The notes beneath the pieces were generated by a model. The model had not been told where the DNA came from. It made no database searches and saw only the letters and a list, made by a program, of their open reading frames with translations. Both the position numbers and the translations under genes were made by a program. Shown here piece after piece: positions 30,603 through 39,382 of a stretch of DNA of 64,000 bases. The stretch comes from Methanomassiliicoccales archaeon (lineage in GTDB: Archaea; Thermoplasmatota; Thermoplasmata; Methanomassiliicoccales; JACIVX01), in contig JACIVX010000001.1 of assembly GCA_014361295.1 (NCBI GenBank), positions 319,924 to 383,923 on the forward strand, in the 5' to 3' direction. The first letter of the stretch is position 1; each line of letters begins with the position of its first letter.

Positions 30603-30762
30603 TGTGCTTACTTAACCTCGAAACTCTATTTAATTTCTCTATTTAAATTCTCGGCATTTTCCGAAATCATGTAAAGTCTCCCGAATTTGCAATTAAGCAC
30701 GGATCGACCCTCTTGGAACTATCTTGATTATTCTCTTTATCGATCATTTGGATTTTTTTGTG

Positions 30763-30827
30763 TTATCTACATCTTTTCCTGGGCTGATATGCAAGTGTTT
30801 AATCTTCAGAGCATTAGATGTAGATAA
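30763..30827. promoter_or_regulatory. Perfect 12-bp inverted repeat (TTATCTACATCT ... AGATGTAGATAA) with a 41-bp spacer, upstream of the 30911 operon
   Basis: Arms are at 30763-30774 and 30816-30827, read directly from the sequence. The repeat lies in the divergent promoter region between the radical SAM gene and the cluster. Confidence 0.3.
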
Positions 30828-30910
30828 TCGATTGGCTGTTCTTCAATGCACCTAATAACATATTTAAGCTAAAACTTCGATAATTTGCTTATTATACAGG
30901 AGAAAAAAAG

Positions 30911-31441
30911 ATGACTGACATCCGGAGGAAGGTTGAAGAAGATCGCGGCCTCCTCAAAAGAATTCAAAGCTATATTCCGGGCTTTAGAGGCTACAGATTT
31001 CGGGAAGATCTCAGAGACGCGGACAGGATGTTGAGGGCACAGCTGGCCGACAAGTTCGCCAAGCAGCGAAAACAGCTCGAAGAATGCAGATCGATTCTCG
31101 CGCAACACCAATCTTTTGAGATACTTGATGGAATTGGAGGGCTTATTAACCACTTCAAGAAGCTCGAAGGATTGATTTCTCATGCGGAAACAGGATATTC
31201 AGGTCTTGTCTCGGACGTCACAATACACGAAGAGGAACTCAACATGCTTTACGAATACGATTTGAGGATGCTAGAATTGCAATCATCGATATCTGCTGAT
31301 ATTGATGATTTGAGAGAGGGAGCGGCGAATGGAGACACGCAGAAGGTTGGAAAAATGATCGCGGATATTAAGTTCAAGGCTGGCGATTTTGAAGATCAAT
31401 TTCGCAGGCGCCTTAGAATCGTTGAGGGTACTGAGGTGTAA
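30911..31441 (+). CDS. Cytoplasmic coiled-coil protein of 176 aa, first gene of the cluster. Possibly a PspA/ESCRT-III-like adaptor (unverified).
   Basis: Highly charged heptad-rich sequence (LRAQLADKFAKQRKQLEECRSILAQHQ), no TM. Its stop is 4 nt before the next gene start. Confidence 0.5.
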   Translation: MTDIRRKVEEDRGLLKRIQSYIPGFRGYRFREDLRDADRMLRAQLADKFAKQRKQLEECRSILAQHQSFEILDGIGGLINHFKKLEGLISHAETGYSGLVSDVTIHEEELNMLYEYDLRMLELQSSISADIDDLREGAANGDTQKVGKMIADIKFKAGDFEDQFRRRLRIVEGTEV

Positions 31442-31444
31442 TCA

Positions 31445-32557
31445 ATGAGTATCATCGGTGCTGAAACATTCAAGTGGGAAGACGCCGACAAGAGAAATAA
31501 TATCATGTTCAGGATGCCCAGAAACATCCGATTTAACGACAACATCGTTGTGAGGGAAGATGAAATAGCAGTTTTCTTCCGAGACGGAAAAGTACTCGCG
31601 TATATTGATCGCCCCGATCGGTACGCGCTCACATCGATCAACGCGCCCGTCGTAGGGCCGATCGTGAAACTTCTTTCAGGTGTACAGCAGCAAGCTGAGG
31701 TCATTTATCTTCAGAAGAGAGTTTTCGATGGTAAATTCGGAAGCAAACAGCCGTACCCATTCAGAGATAAAGAATTCGGTCTTGTCAATCTCAGGGTTTT
31801 TGGGGAGTTTCGGTACAAAATATCATCACCCGCGAATTTCGTGAATCAGTTTGTAGGTACGCTCAACTTTGCAACGAGTGCCGAGGTTGAAGAGAGAATT
31901 AAGGAACAAGTTGTCATCCTCGTATACGATGTTCTGGGCGATATGAAAAACCAGGGTTTGGGCGTCGCCGATATTGCAAGCAACCTGACGACAATTGAAC
32001 AAGTCATCCTTTCCAGATCGAAGGATCATTTCGATCTCTATGGCATTCTCATCGATAAAATATCGGGACTTTATATTTCGCTACCAGAAGAAGTGCAGAA
32101 AGCCGTCGATACGAGATCCTCTATGCAAGTGCTCGGTGCTAATTATATTCAATATCAGACCGGACAGGCGATGCGCGAGGCTGCGCAGAATCCCTCTGGC
32201 GGCGCGGCTGGAGCGGGAGTAGGCGTGGGAGCGGGGATTGGGATGGGATGGACGATGCTTGACTCGATGCGCCAGGCACAACAGGTTCCACCTGCTGCAC
32301 CTCCGCAAGCTACCATCCAATGTCCGAGATGTGGCGCTCAAAACCTTGCCACTAACAAATTTTGCGCCGAATGTGGATCGCCGTTAACGGGAGCTCGGAC
32401 TTCAAAGTGTCCTAATTGCAGAGCTGATGTACCTCCTGGTTCCAAGTTCTGCCCCTCATGCGGCGCTAACATTTCATCGACGAAGAAATGCGGGAACTGT
32501 GGCGCTGACGTTCCTGTTACCTCGAAGTTCTGCCCAGAATGTGGCAAGCCGTTATGA
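31445..32557 (+). CDS. SPFH/Band-7-like (YdjI-type, Band_7_1) domain protein with a Gly-rich linker and three C-terminal zinc-ribbon repeats
   Basis: The N-terminal ~250 aa resembles the YdjI/Band_7_1 family (IVVREDEIAVFFRDGKVLAYIDRPDRYALTS). A GGAAGAGVGVGAGIGMG linker follows. Then three C-x2-C-x8-10-C-x2-C units: CPRCGAQNLATNKFCAECG, CPNCRADVPPGSKFCPSCG, CGNCGADVPVTSKFCPECG. Confidence 0.65.
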   Translation: MSIIGAETFKWEDADKRNNIMFRMPRNIRFNDNIVVREDEIAVFFRDGKVLAYIDRPDRYALTSINAPVVGPIVKLLSGVQQQAEVIYLQKRVFDGKFGSKQPYPFRDKEFGLVNLRVFGEFRYKISSPANFVNQFVGTLNFATSAEVEERIKEQVVILVYDVLGDMKNQGLGVADIASNLTTIEQVILSRSKDHFDLYGILIDKISGLYISLPEEVQKAVDTRSSMQVLGANYIQYQTGQAMREAAQNPSGGAAGAGVGVGAGIGMGWTMLDSMRQAQQVPPAAPPQATIQCPRCGAQNLATNKFCAECGSPLTGARTSKCPNCRADVPPGSKFCPSCGANISSTKKCGNCGADVPVTSKFCPECGKPL

Positions 32558-32589
32558 ACAGTTAAAATCAAATTATAAGGGCGACATCA

Positions 32590-33333
32590 ATGGCATCAGT
32601 CAAGTGTCCGAAGTGTGGCGCTGCGGTTGCGATCGACGCTGGAACAAAATTCACGAAATGCGCTTTTTGCAGATCGGAAATATATATTGACAGGTCTGGC
32701 GCAGGATTTTATTATATCATTCCCTTCGCAGTCAGGGAAAATGATGCGATCGGCATTTTCAGACGGTGGGCTGCAGGGCCTTCGAGAGCCAAGGATCTCG
32801 ACAGAAAAGCGGAGATCGCGTCGGTTAAAAACGCATATTTCCCCGTTTACATGTTTAAAAGAAAAATTAATGGCAGGGAGCAGGTGTTTGTTGAGCCAGC
32901 TGCATCCACAACATTGCCAGGATTACATCGGTTAAAAATCCCTGCAGGGGATCTGAAAATTTTCGATTCGTCGTTCGACAAGGGAGGCGCAGAATTGATC
33001 AATCCAGATATTGAAATGTTGTCGTATCTCAATAACCTTCCCGGAGAGCGTGTGGAACAAGCGCTTGTTTTCTTTCCAATATGGAAAATCGATTACATCT
33101 TTGATGGAAAGAAATATGATGTAGTAATAGACGGGTCATCTGGTGAGGTCTTTTCGTCGATTTTCCCGGCTCGAAGTTCGATGGGTTACATGCTTGTTGC
33201 AATAGCAGGGTTTGTCGCATTTGTCGGTGAGGGGCTTCTCGCGGCATTCAATCTTCCGATCGCACTCATGTTGATGGGAGCCACTCTTATCGGTGTATTT
33301 CTTGCTGCATTGGTAGTGGCAAGGAGAATGTGA
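32590..33333 (+). CDS. Zinc-ribbon membrane protein, paralog 1 (N-terminal CPKCG...CAFC, novel repeated domain, C-terminal TM)
   Basis: MASVKCPKCGAAVAIDAGTKFTKCAFCRSEIY. Shared motifs YFPVYMF and FFPIWKIDYIFDGKKYDVVIDGSSGEV. C-terminal hydrophobic helices. Confidence 0.6.
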   Translation: MASVKCPKCGAAVAIDAGTKFTKCAFCRSEIYIDRSGAGFYYIIPFAVRENDAIGIFRRWAAGPSRAKDLDRKAEIASVKNAYFPVYMFKRKINGREQVFVEPAASTTLPGLHRLKIPAGDLKIFDSSFDKGGAELINPDIEMLSYLNNLPGERVEQALVFFPIWKIDYIFDGKKYDVVIDGSSGEVFSSIFPARSSMGYMLVAIAGFVAFVGEGLLAAFNLPIALMLMGATLIGVFLAALVVARRM

Positions 33334-34337
33334 TTATGGACATCACGATTAGCCTTAATTGTCCGGCCTGCGGCGGGGCAATCAGCATCGGCGAAGGCGG
33401 AAATGTTGTGATTTGTGAGTACTGTGGTTCGACGCTCTTTGTCGAAGGCGATAGCGGCGTTTATACTATCGCTTTTAAAAATAAAATCACAAAAGACGGT
33501 GCCCTAGTAGAATCGAAACGCTGGTGGTCTGAAGGATTCAAAGCAAGAGATCTGAAAAAATTGGGCAAGATCGTTGAATGCTACGCAATTTATCTTCCTT
33601 TCTGGAATATTGATCTGAAGATCGCAGGATGGATTTGTGGATATGAGGAGCATATTCACACTGATTCAAAGGGAAATGTGCATAGAGAGCGAATTCCAAG
33701 GGAAATCATGATCCTGAAAGAATACGCTTTCACCGAGATCGCCTGCGATCCGGGAGATTTGGGCATACGAAATATGAAGAATTTGTCTGGTGAGACGAGT
33801 TTTGAGGATTTCGAAATGATACCAACTTTTGAATCAACAACGAGCAAAGATGATGCATTGCAGCACGCAAAGGAAGATGCCTTCTCTAGGGCGCGTGATA
33901 GCACTCGATTGACAGAAATCACCTTTGAACGGCTTCATGTTCTCCCGAAGAGAATTTTTCTTGTTTATTATCCAATTTGGGTTGTTCGTTACGAATATCG
34001 AGATCGCATGTATGTTTGCACGATTGACGGTGTGACTGGTAGAATCATTTCTGGCAGGGCACCAGGTGATCCGATATTTCAAAGTCTCGCCGCGACTGCC
34101 GGGGCATCCATTGGGGGTTTGATCGCGGCAGCGGGAATCTTGATTTCACAGGCGGACCCCGGCATCGCGCTCGCTGCGATTGGAGCAGGTCTCGCCATTC
34201 TTTATGCATTCTATCGTTTCTTCAGGCGAGGTTCTGAGATCATTGTCGGCGATTTTAGCGAGAGGTCGTATTCACCAGGCGAAGTGATGAAGGAGATTTC
34301 CGAAGTCACGAGGAAATTTCAGAGGGTGTACAGATGA
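33330..34337 (+). CDS. Zinc-ribbon membrane protein, paralog 2
   Basis: LNCPACGGAISIGEGGNVVICEYCGSTLFV. Shared motifs YLPFWNID and YYPIWVVRYEYRDRMYVCTIDGVTGRI. C-terminal Gly/Ala-rich TM. Overlaps its neighbours by 4 nt. Confidence 0.6.
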   Translation: MIMDITISLNCPACGGAISIGEGGNVVICEYCGSTLFVEGDSGVYTIAFKNKITKDGALVESKRWWSEGFKARDLKKLGKIVECYAIYLPFWNIDLKIAGWICGYEEHIHTDSKGNVHRERIPREIMILKEYAFTEIACDPGDLGIRNMKNLSGETSFEDFEMIPTFESTTSKDDALQHAKEDAFSRARDSTRLTEITFERLHVLPKRIFLVYYPIWVVRYEYRDRMYVCTIDGVTGRIISGRAPGDPIFQSLAATAGASIGGLIAAAGILISQADPGIALAAIGAGLAILYAFYRFFRRGSEIIVGDFSERSYSPGEVMKEISEVTRKFQRVYR

Positions 34338-34921
34338 AAATCGTGCAGGTCAAATGCCCCTCGTGCGGGACGCCAATCCGCATGAAAAACAAAGAAAGTG
34401 TTTTTCTCTGCGATAACTGTGGAATGATGCATACGAGGAATCATGGTATCGAGAGAATCGATTACGAGATTGCTGAGTTCGCTTCGGGCGGCGCAGGCGA
34501 GAGAATGTATATGCCCTTTTGGCGGCTTTACTGCGATTTCTCTATCAGATCAAAGAATGTTGAAGGAGGGTCTTTCTTCCGTCTTGCCCAATGGATTAAG
34601 GGCGATAGAGATTCAGGAGCGCTCTTCGTGTTTATTCCTGCCTTCGATATTAGTCTAGAAGATTTTAAAATACTCTCCACACGCCTCACGCTAAATCCAC
34701 CTCATTATCGAACAACAATGAATTTTGGCGGTGTTGCGCGAATTCCTGTACTTTTGACGAAAGAAGAGGCGCGCGAACTTGCAGATTTTGTCGTCGTGAC
34801 GATTGAAGCCGAAAAACCAGGGGTTCTTCAGTATCTCGATTATTCTCTTTCTGTGAAAGACGAAAGGATCATTTATCTTCCATTCGTTAAAACTTCTTCT
34901 GGTCCTGTCCTCGCTATCTGA
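34334..34921 (+). CDS. Zinc-ribbon protein, paralog 3 (soluble, shorter)
   Basis: VKCPSCGTPIRMKNKESVFLCDNCGMMH. Shared motifs YMPFWRLYCDF and IIYLPFVK. No TM. Confidence 0.55.
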   Translation: MKIVQVKCPSCGTPIRMKNKESVFLCDNCGMMHTRNHGIERIDYEIAEFASGGAGERMYMPFWRLYCDFSIRSKNVEGGSFFRLAQWIKGDRDSGALFVFIPAFDISLEDFKILSTRLTLNPPHYRTTMNFGGVARIPVLLTKEEARELADFVVVTIEAEKPGVLQYLDYSLSVKDERIIYLPFVKTSSGPVLAI

Positions 34922-35034
34922 AGTGAGTGAGACATAAATCCATGAAAAGAAATTTGGAATTCGATGTAATTCATTCCAATTAAATTCCAAATTACTGATC
35001 AGACATAAGTCCAAATACATCAACCGCAATTATA

Positions 35035-35532
35035 ATGTTGATGTCTCTAGGCACCATACTGGCACTTGCATTTATTATTATCGGCATCATTATGCTAATT
35101 GCCGAAGCTGCTTCTCCAGGGTCTTTCATCCTCGTTCCAGCCACTGTCCTGATCGTTCTCGGCGGGATCGGTTTGGTGTCTCCGGAATGGTTGCTGAGCT
35201 GGTGGGCACCTGTTGCAGCAGTCATCGTTCTCATTCCCACAACGCTTGTCACAATCAAACTCTATCAGAAATTGGCTCCCCCAGCACCTCCCGAAACGAC
35301 GGTTGCGACTTCGCTAATTGGTGCGACTGGTATCGTCGTGAGAGAGGTTACACCAGATAATCTACGAGGAAAGGTACGAATCCAAAATGATATTTGGAGT
35401 GCGACCGCATCAAAAACTATACCTGTCGGGACGCGCGTCATTGTTAAGAACAGCGAAGGAGTTCATGTATTTGTTGAGGAATTGGTCGATGAAAAGGCAT
35501 CAATCAATGAGACAGGAAAGAAGGTGACCTGA
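35035..35532 (+). CDS. NfeD-like membrane protein, short form (TM plus OB-fold, no protease domain)
   Basis: N-terminal TM helices, a C-terminal beta-rich OB-like domain (VVREVTPDNLRGKVRIQNDIWSA), and its position immediately upstream of the stomatin gene. Confidence 0.75.
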   Translation: MLMSLGTILALAFIIIGIIMLIAEAASPGSFILVPATVLIVLGGIGLVSPEWLLSWWAPVAAVIVLIPTTLVTIKLYQKLAPPAPPETTVATSLIGATGIVVREVTPDNLRGKVRIQNDIWSATASKTIPVGTRVIVKNSEGVHVFVEELVDEKASINETGKKVT

Positions 35533-35557
35533 TGGAGATTTTTGAGAAATTCAAGAA

Positions 35558-36685
35558 TTGGGGGCAAGCAAAATGGATGTAATGAGCGCGGTGATACTGT
35601 CGCTTTTGTTGCTCGCGATTTTTACGGCGATAGGAATTCTTGCAAGTGGCATCAAAATTGTGAGACCTTATGAACAGGCCATTTACATGAGGCTCGGTCG
35701 GTTCGTGAGGGTGCTCAACCAGGGTTTTAATTATGTGACTCCACTGATTAATGAAGTTGTCAAGATCGATCTGAGAACACAGGTATTGGATGTTCCCAGG
35801 CAAGAGGTTATTACGAAAGACAACTCCCCTACAAACGTCGATGCTATCATTTACATCAAGGTCATTGATCCTACCAAAGCGTTCTTCCAGGTGACTAACT
35901 ACCGAATGGCAACGATCTATCTCGCACAGACGACATTGAGATCGATCATCGGAGACATGGAACTTGATGAGATCCTTTCGAACAGAGAGAAGATCAATCT
36001 CCACCTGAGAGACGTTCTCGATGAGGCAACGGACAAATGGGGCGTAAAGGTCGAAGCAGTCGAGATTAGGGAAGTCGATCCGGCTGGTAAAGTCAAAGAG
36101 GCAATGGAAGAGCAAACGTCGGCCGAGAGACTGAGACGGGCTGCCATTTTGAAAGCAGATGGTCAAAAAAAGGCAGCCATCCTCAACGCTGAAGGAGAAA
36201 AGCGAGCGAGGATTCTGCAGGCAGAAGGTCTCAGGCAGGCGAAAATTCTTGAGGCGGAAGGGGAGAGGCTCGCAACGATTCTACGAAGCCAGGGAGAAGC
36301 CCAAAAGCTTCGAATTCTGTCTCTAGGAGCGACACCACTTGATTCAAAAGCGTTGACTGTTCTTTCTCTCGATACACTGAAGGCGTTAGGGAGCGGACCT
36401 GCGACAAAATTCATCCTGCCGTTTGAGCTGACAAGACTCGTCGAAGGCGCGTCTGAATATCTGGGTATGGCAAGACAAACGCCGCCAAGAGATGCGAGCA
36501 AAATTGAGGATATAGAAAAGGCAGTCGGGAAGGTGGACGATATCCTCGGTCCGATACCGACACCAGAGGAACTCAAAAAGGAATTGAGATCACTTGAAGA
36601 GGCGATGGAAAAGGAGAAAAAAGAAGTCGAATCAATTGCAGAGGCCACTAAAAAGGACAAAGGTCGAAGCATTCAGATCGATTAA
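35558..36685 (+). CDS. Stomatin/prohibitin-family SPFH (Band 7) protein
   Basis: TM anchor, then the SPFH core IVRPYEQAIYMRLGRF...IDLRTQVLDVPRQEVITKDNSPTNVDAIIYIKV, with a long coiled-coil tail. Confidence 0.9.
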   Translation: MGASKMDVMSAVILSLLLLAIFTAIGILASGIKIVRPYEQAIYMRLGRFVRVLNQGFNYVTPLINEVVKIDLRTQVLDVPRQEVITKDNSPTNVDAIIYIKVIDPTKAFFQVTNYRMATIYLAQTTLRSIIGDMELDEILSNREKINLHLRDVLDEATDKWGVKVEAVEIREVDPAGKVKEAMEEQTSAERLRRAAILKADGQKKAAILNAEGEKRARILQAEGLRQAKILEAEGERLATILRSQGEAQKLRILSLGATPLDSKALTVLSLDTLKALGSGPATKFILPFELTRLVEGASEYLGMARQTPPRDASKIEDIEKAVGKVDDILGPIPTPEELKKELRSLEEAMEKEKKEVESIAEATKKDKGRSIQID

Positions 36686-36710
36686 AATCTGATAGGGAAT
36701 GAAGGGGAAA

Positions 36711-36730
36711 TTCCCCTCATTTGAGTTGAT
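36711..36730 (+). terminator. GC stem-loop (AGGGG-AAATT-CCCCT) followed by a T-rich tract, downstream of the stomatin stop
   Basis: Read directly from the sequence, 26 nt after the TAA at 36683-36685. Archaeal termination usually uses oligo-T, so the assignment is weak. Confidence 0.25.
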
Positions 36731-36812
36731 TAGTTCTCGATTAATCATTGGAAATTCTCCTTTTAGATATGGCGACTTCGACATCTTCATTTCCGAAAGT
36801 CCGCAGATATGA

Positions 36813-37049
36813 TCAGTCTTCCTTTAATGTGCCCACAATAGGAAAACGTTCAAGAACATCCTCATCGTGGGGTGCATCGCCAATCTCGTTCGTGAGATCT
36901 TTGCCAGCATAATGTTCAAATTGATGTTCTCCGTCTTCCCACAATGTGCTCTTCGTAACGTCATAAACCTTACCTTTAACGGCGACGTATGCCGGCTTTC
37001 CATTTTTGCCATTGAATTCCTTTAACTCATCTTGCGTGAAAACTTTCAT
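36813..37049 (-). CDS. Cytochrome b5-like heme/steroid-binding domain protein (MAPR-like, no HPGG motif)
   Basis: 78 aa, FTQDELKEFNGKNGKPAYVAVKGKVYDVTKSTLWEDGEHQFEHYAGKDLT. Confidence 0.65.
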   Translation of the reverse strand: MKVFTQDELKEFNGKNGKPAYVAVKGKVYDVTKSTLWEDGEHQFEHYAGKDLTNEIGDAPHDEDVLERFPIVGTLKED

Positions 37050-37082
37050 GATACAAGTATATTGAGGGAGAGAATCTTAAAT

Positions 37083-38288
37083 TTATTGTCCCAGAACCCC
37101 GAGCGACTGATAAATGGATCGTACAGAAGGTACAAACAATCGCCAATCATATTTTTCCTTGACGAGACGTCTTCCCTCCCTGCCAAGGCCGCGAGCAAGC
37201 TGACGATTTTCGAGCAATTCTCTAATTGAGTCAACAAACGTATTGATGTCGTCCGCAATCATAATATTACGACGGTTTTCCACCATTAAGCCTTCGCACC
37301 CAATCGAAGTTGAAACAACAGGCTTGCCCATTGCGAAGTATTCCAGGATCTTTATACGAGTTCCGCTCCCGAAACGAAGAGGTGCGATACAAACATCCGC
37401 ATTTCTCAAAACTTGTTTGATATCCGGAACGATTCCCAAGAAATCAACATTTTCTTGATTATGCTCTGTTTTTGGAACCGGACCTCCGACAATCTGGAAT
37501 CGAATGGTCCGATCAAATCGCGGTGCTATTTCATTTAGAATTGTCGAAATGGCATCAAGGTTTGGAGAATAATCCAATCTGCCGATGAAAACGACATTCT
37601 TGGTTTCTTCACCCGTTTCCTCAGAATCACAAAAGGGGTATTCGGAAACATCGATACAATTGGGTATCACTGTTATCTTTCCTTCCAACTCAGGATTTGC
37701 AGAAATCATGTACCCTTTATCGACCTCGGACGTCACAAAAACGGCGTCTGCCGCATTTAGACATCGAAGTTCAAATCCCTTTGCTCTGTCTAGTAGCCAG
37801 GACGCCATTACTTTTCGGACCGATCGACTTCTGCCAATCATCCCTCTGAAAAATGGCGAATCGAACATTCCGTACCTTAGGAGATTCCAATATACATTGT
37901 GTTCGTCCAATATTACTGGTTTTTTACGCTTATTTAATGAGTTCGCAAGAAAAAACAGATCCAAGCTCTCGACTTGAAAGGTTCCAACCGCTTCTATTTT
38001 CTTTAACACTCTCGGGGAAATCTTTACACAATCATTTCTATAATAATTAAATAACCTCGAGATCTTGGTCCTTACACCTTCGAGTGCCTCAATGTGCGTC
38101 GAACGAACATTCTCGATACCATCAAGAATCGACGGCAGTTTTTTATTTCCCATTGTTTCAATTGTATCATCTTCAATATGAAAAATTTCCACCGGTGAAA
38201 AGGATGAAATCATCTGGATGAGAGAGCGAACTCTCACCCCCCAGCCACGGTCTGCTCGTGTTCCAAATGATAACAACCCAATCGTCAT
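37083..38288 (-). CDS. Glycosyltransferase family 4 (GT-B fold)
   Basis: The C-terminal half has the GT4 E-x7-E region (FGSGTRIKILEYFAMGKPVVST). Confidence 0.8.
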   Translation of the reverse strand: MTIGLLSFGTRADRGWGVRVRSLIQMISSFSPVEIFHIEDDTIETMGNKKLPSILDGIENVRSTHIEALEGVRTKISRLFNYYRNDCVKISPRVLKKIEAVGTFQVESLDLFFLANSLNKRKKPVILDEHNVYWNLLRYGMFDSPFFRGMIGRSRSVRKVMASWLLDRAKGFELRCLNAADAVFVTSEVDKGYMISANPELEGKITVIPNCIDVSEYPFCDSEETGEETKNVVFIGRLDYSPNLDAISTILNEIAPRFDRTIRFQIVGGPVPKTEHNQENVDFLGIVPDIKQVLRNADVCIAPLRFGSGTRIKILEYFAMGKPVVSTSIGCEGLMVENRRNIMIADDINTFVDSIRELLENRQLARGLGREGRRLVKEKYDWRLFVPSVRSIYQSLGVLGQ

Positions 38289-38364
38289 CCTTTTCCTTCA
38301 GAATGATGGGACTGGAGGTATTTTAATGAATAGATTGAAAAAAGGTATAAAAAAAGTCGCTCTA

Positions 38365-39267
38365 GTTACAGATTGATGTTAAATAATTCTCTCACAACGA
38401 AGCCGATAGCAAATGTGAGTGCAGCGATTCCTAGACTTAATTCAGCCACCTCAACAAATCGTTTCTTGAAGGGAAGATCTTTTGCGATTGAGATATAGAT
38501 GTAAGAAATAATATGTAAGAACGAAAGTAAAAACGAAAATCACAATGACCGCATTAAGAATTGTGACGGAAAGTGCCATGAGGATATCGTCAACAAATAG
38601 AAATGGAATAATGAGAAAGGAAACCATCATCATGTAGGTGACCGTTGTATAACCTTATACTTTCATTGGACTTTTACCATCACTCTCAGCCTTCGTCGAA
38701 AGATATTCAGAAATTCCCATCAAAAAGGAAGCGACAATTCCTGCGATCAGTCCGCCATTTCAATGATCCTTGCATTCTCGGACACAAGCGTGAATCAAGC
38801 AAGCGTTCCCATGAGTTCAACTAGAGCGTCGTTCCAACCCAAAACAATGGAATCTGTATATTTCAATCGCTCTTCGTCGAGGAGTGAAATCAAAGGGCTT
38901 TCGTGGCGATCTTCATCTTCGATGATATTTTTGACCTCAGGTAGCGAACTTCACAGTTCCTTATAAATTTCCTCAGCGCTACGCTCATTCCTCTCCATCA
39001 GTTTTAAGGCGAATGTTAAACCGAATAGTCTGGCTGGAAACCAATACTTTGCGATAAGGAGTTTAGTTGGATTAGCGTCTTTACTAAGTATTTTTCTCAA
39101 AAAATTGTAATGAGTCAATTCATCGTTTGCGATTCTCTCAAAATACTTCGATTATTCTCATTCTTGCAAGTTCTAGCGAGCGTTATATAAACACAGTGCT
39201 CGGTGATTTCGCTTCTCTGTGGTCGATTTAAAACAGCTGACATCTCGGTTTTTGATTCATTTTTCAT
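38365..39267 (-). pseudogene. Disrupted membrane-bound ferritin-like / VIT1 (CCC1) iron transporter gene (erythrin-VIT1, MbfA-like)
   Basis: Hand translation of the minus strand gives recognisable pieces in three different frames separated by stops. MKNESKTEMSAVLNRPQRSEITEHCVYITLARTCKNENNRSILRE and YFERIANDELTHYNFL are the rubrerythrin-like E-x-x-H helices. [28 protein letters not shown] is the start of the VIT1 domain. IAKDLPFKKRFVEVAELSLGIAALTFAIGFVVRELFNINL* is the VIT1 C-terminus. Confidence 0.6.
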
Positions 39268-39382
39268 AAACCATAAAACCCTAGAAGTGATTTTTCTTAA
39301 AATACCCTACCAACGAACTAGCGACGATGCCGTAGTAAGCCACTAGCATCATGCTATATCGCTCGGCTCTTCTTTCGCCGCA

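Noticed and set aside
36163-36672. 169-aa minus-strand ORF rich in Ser/Ala, inside the stomatin gene
   Set aside because: It is entirely antisense to a well-supported SPFH/stomatin CDS. It is low-complexity, and its composition reflects the coiled-coil codons of the sense strand.
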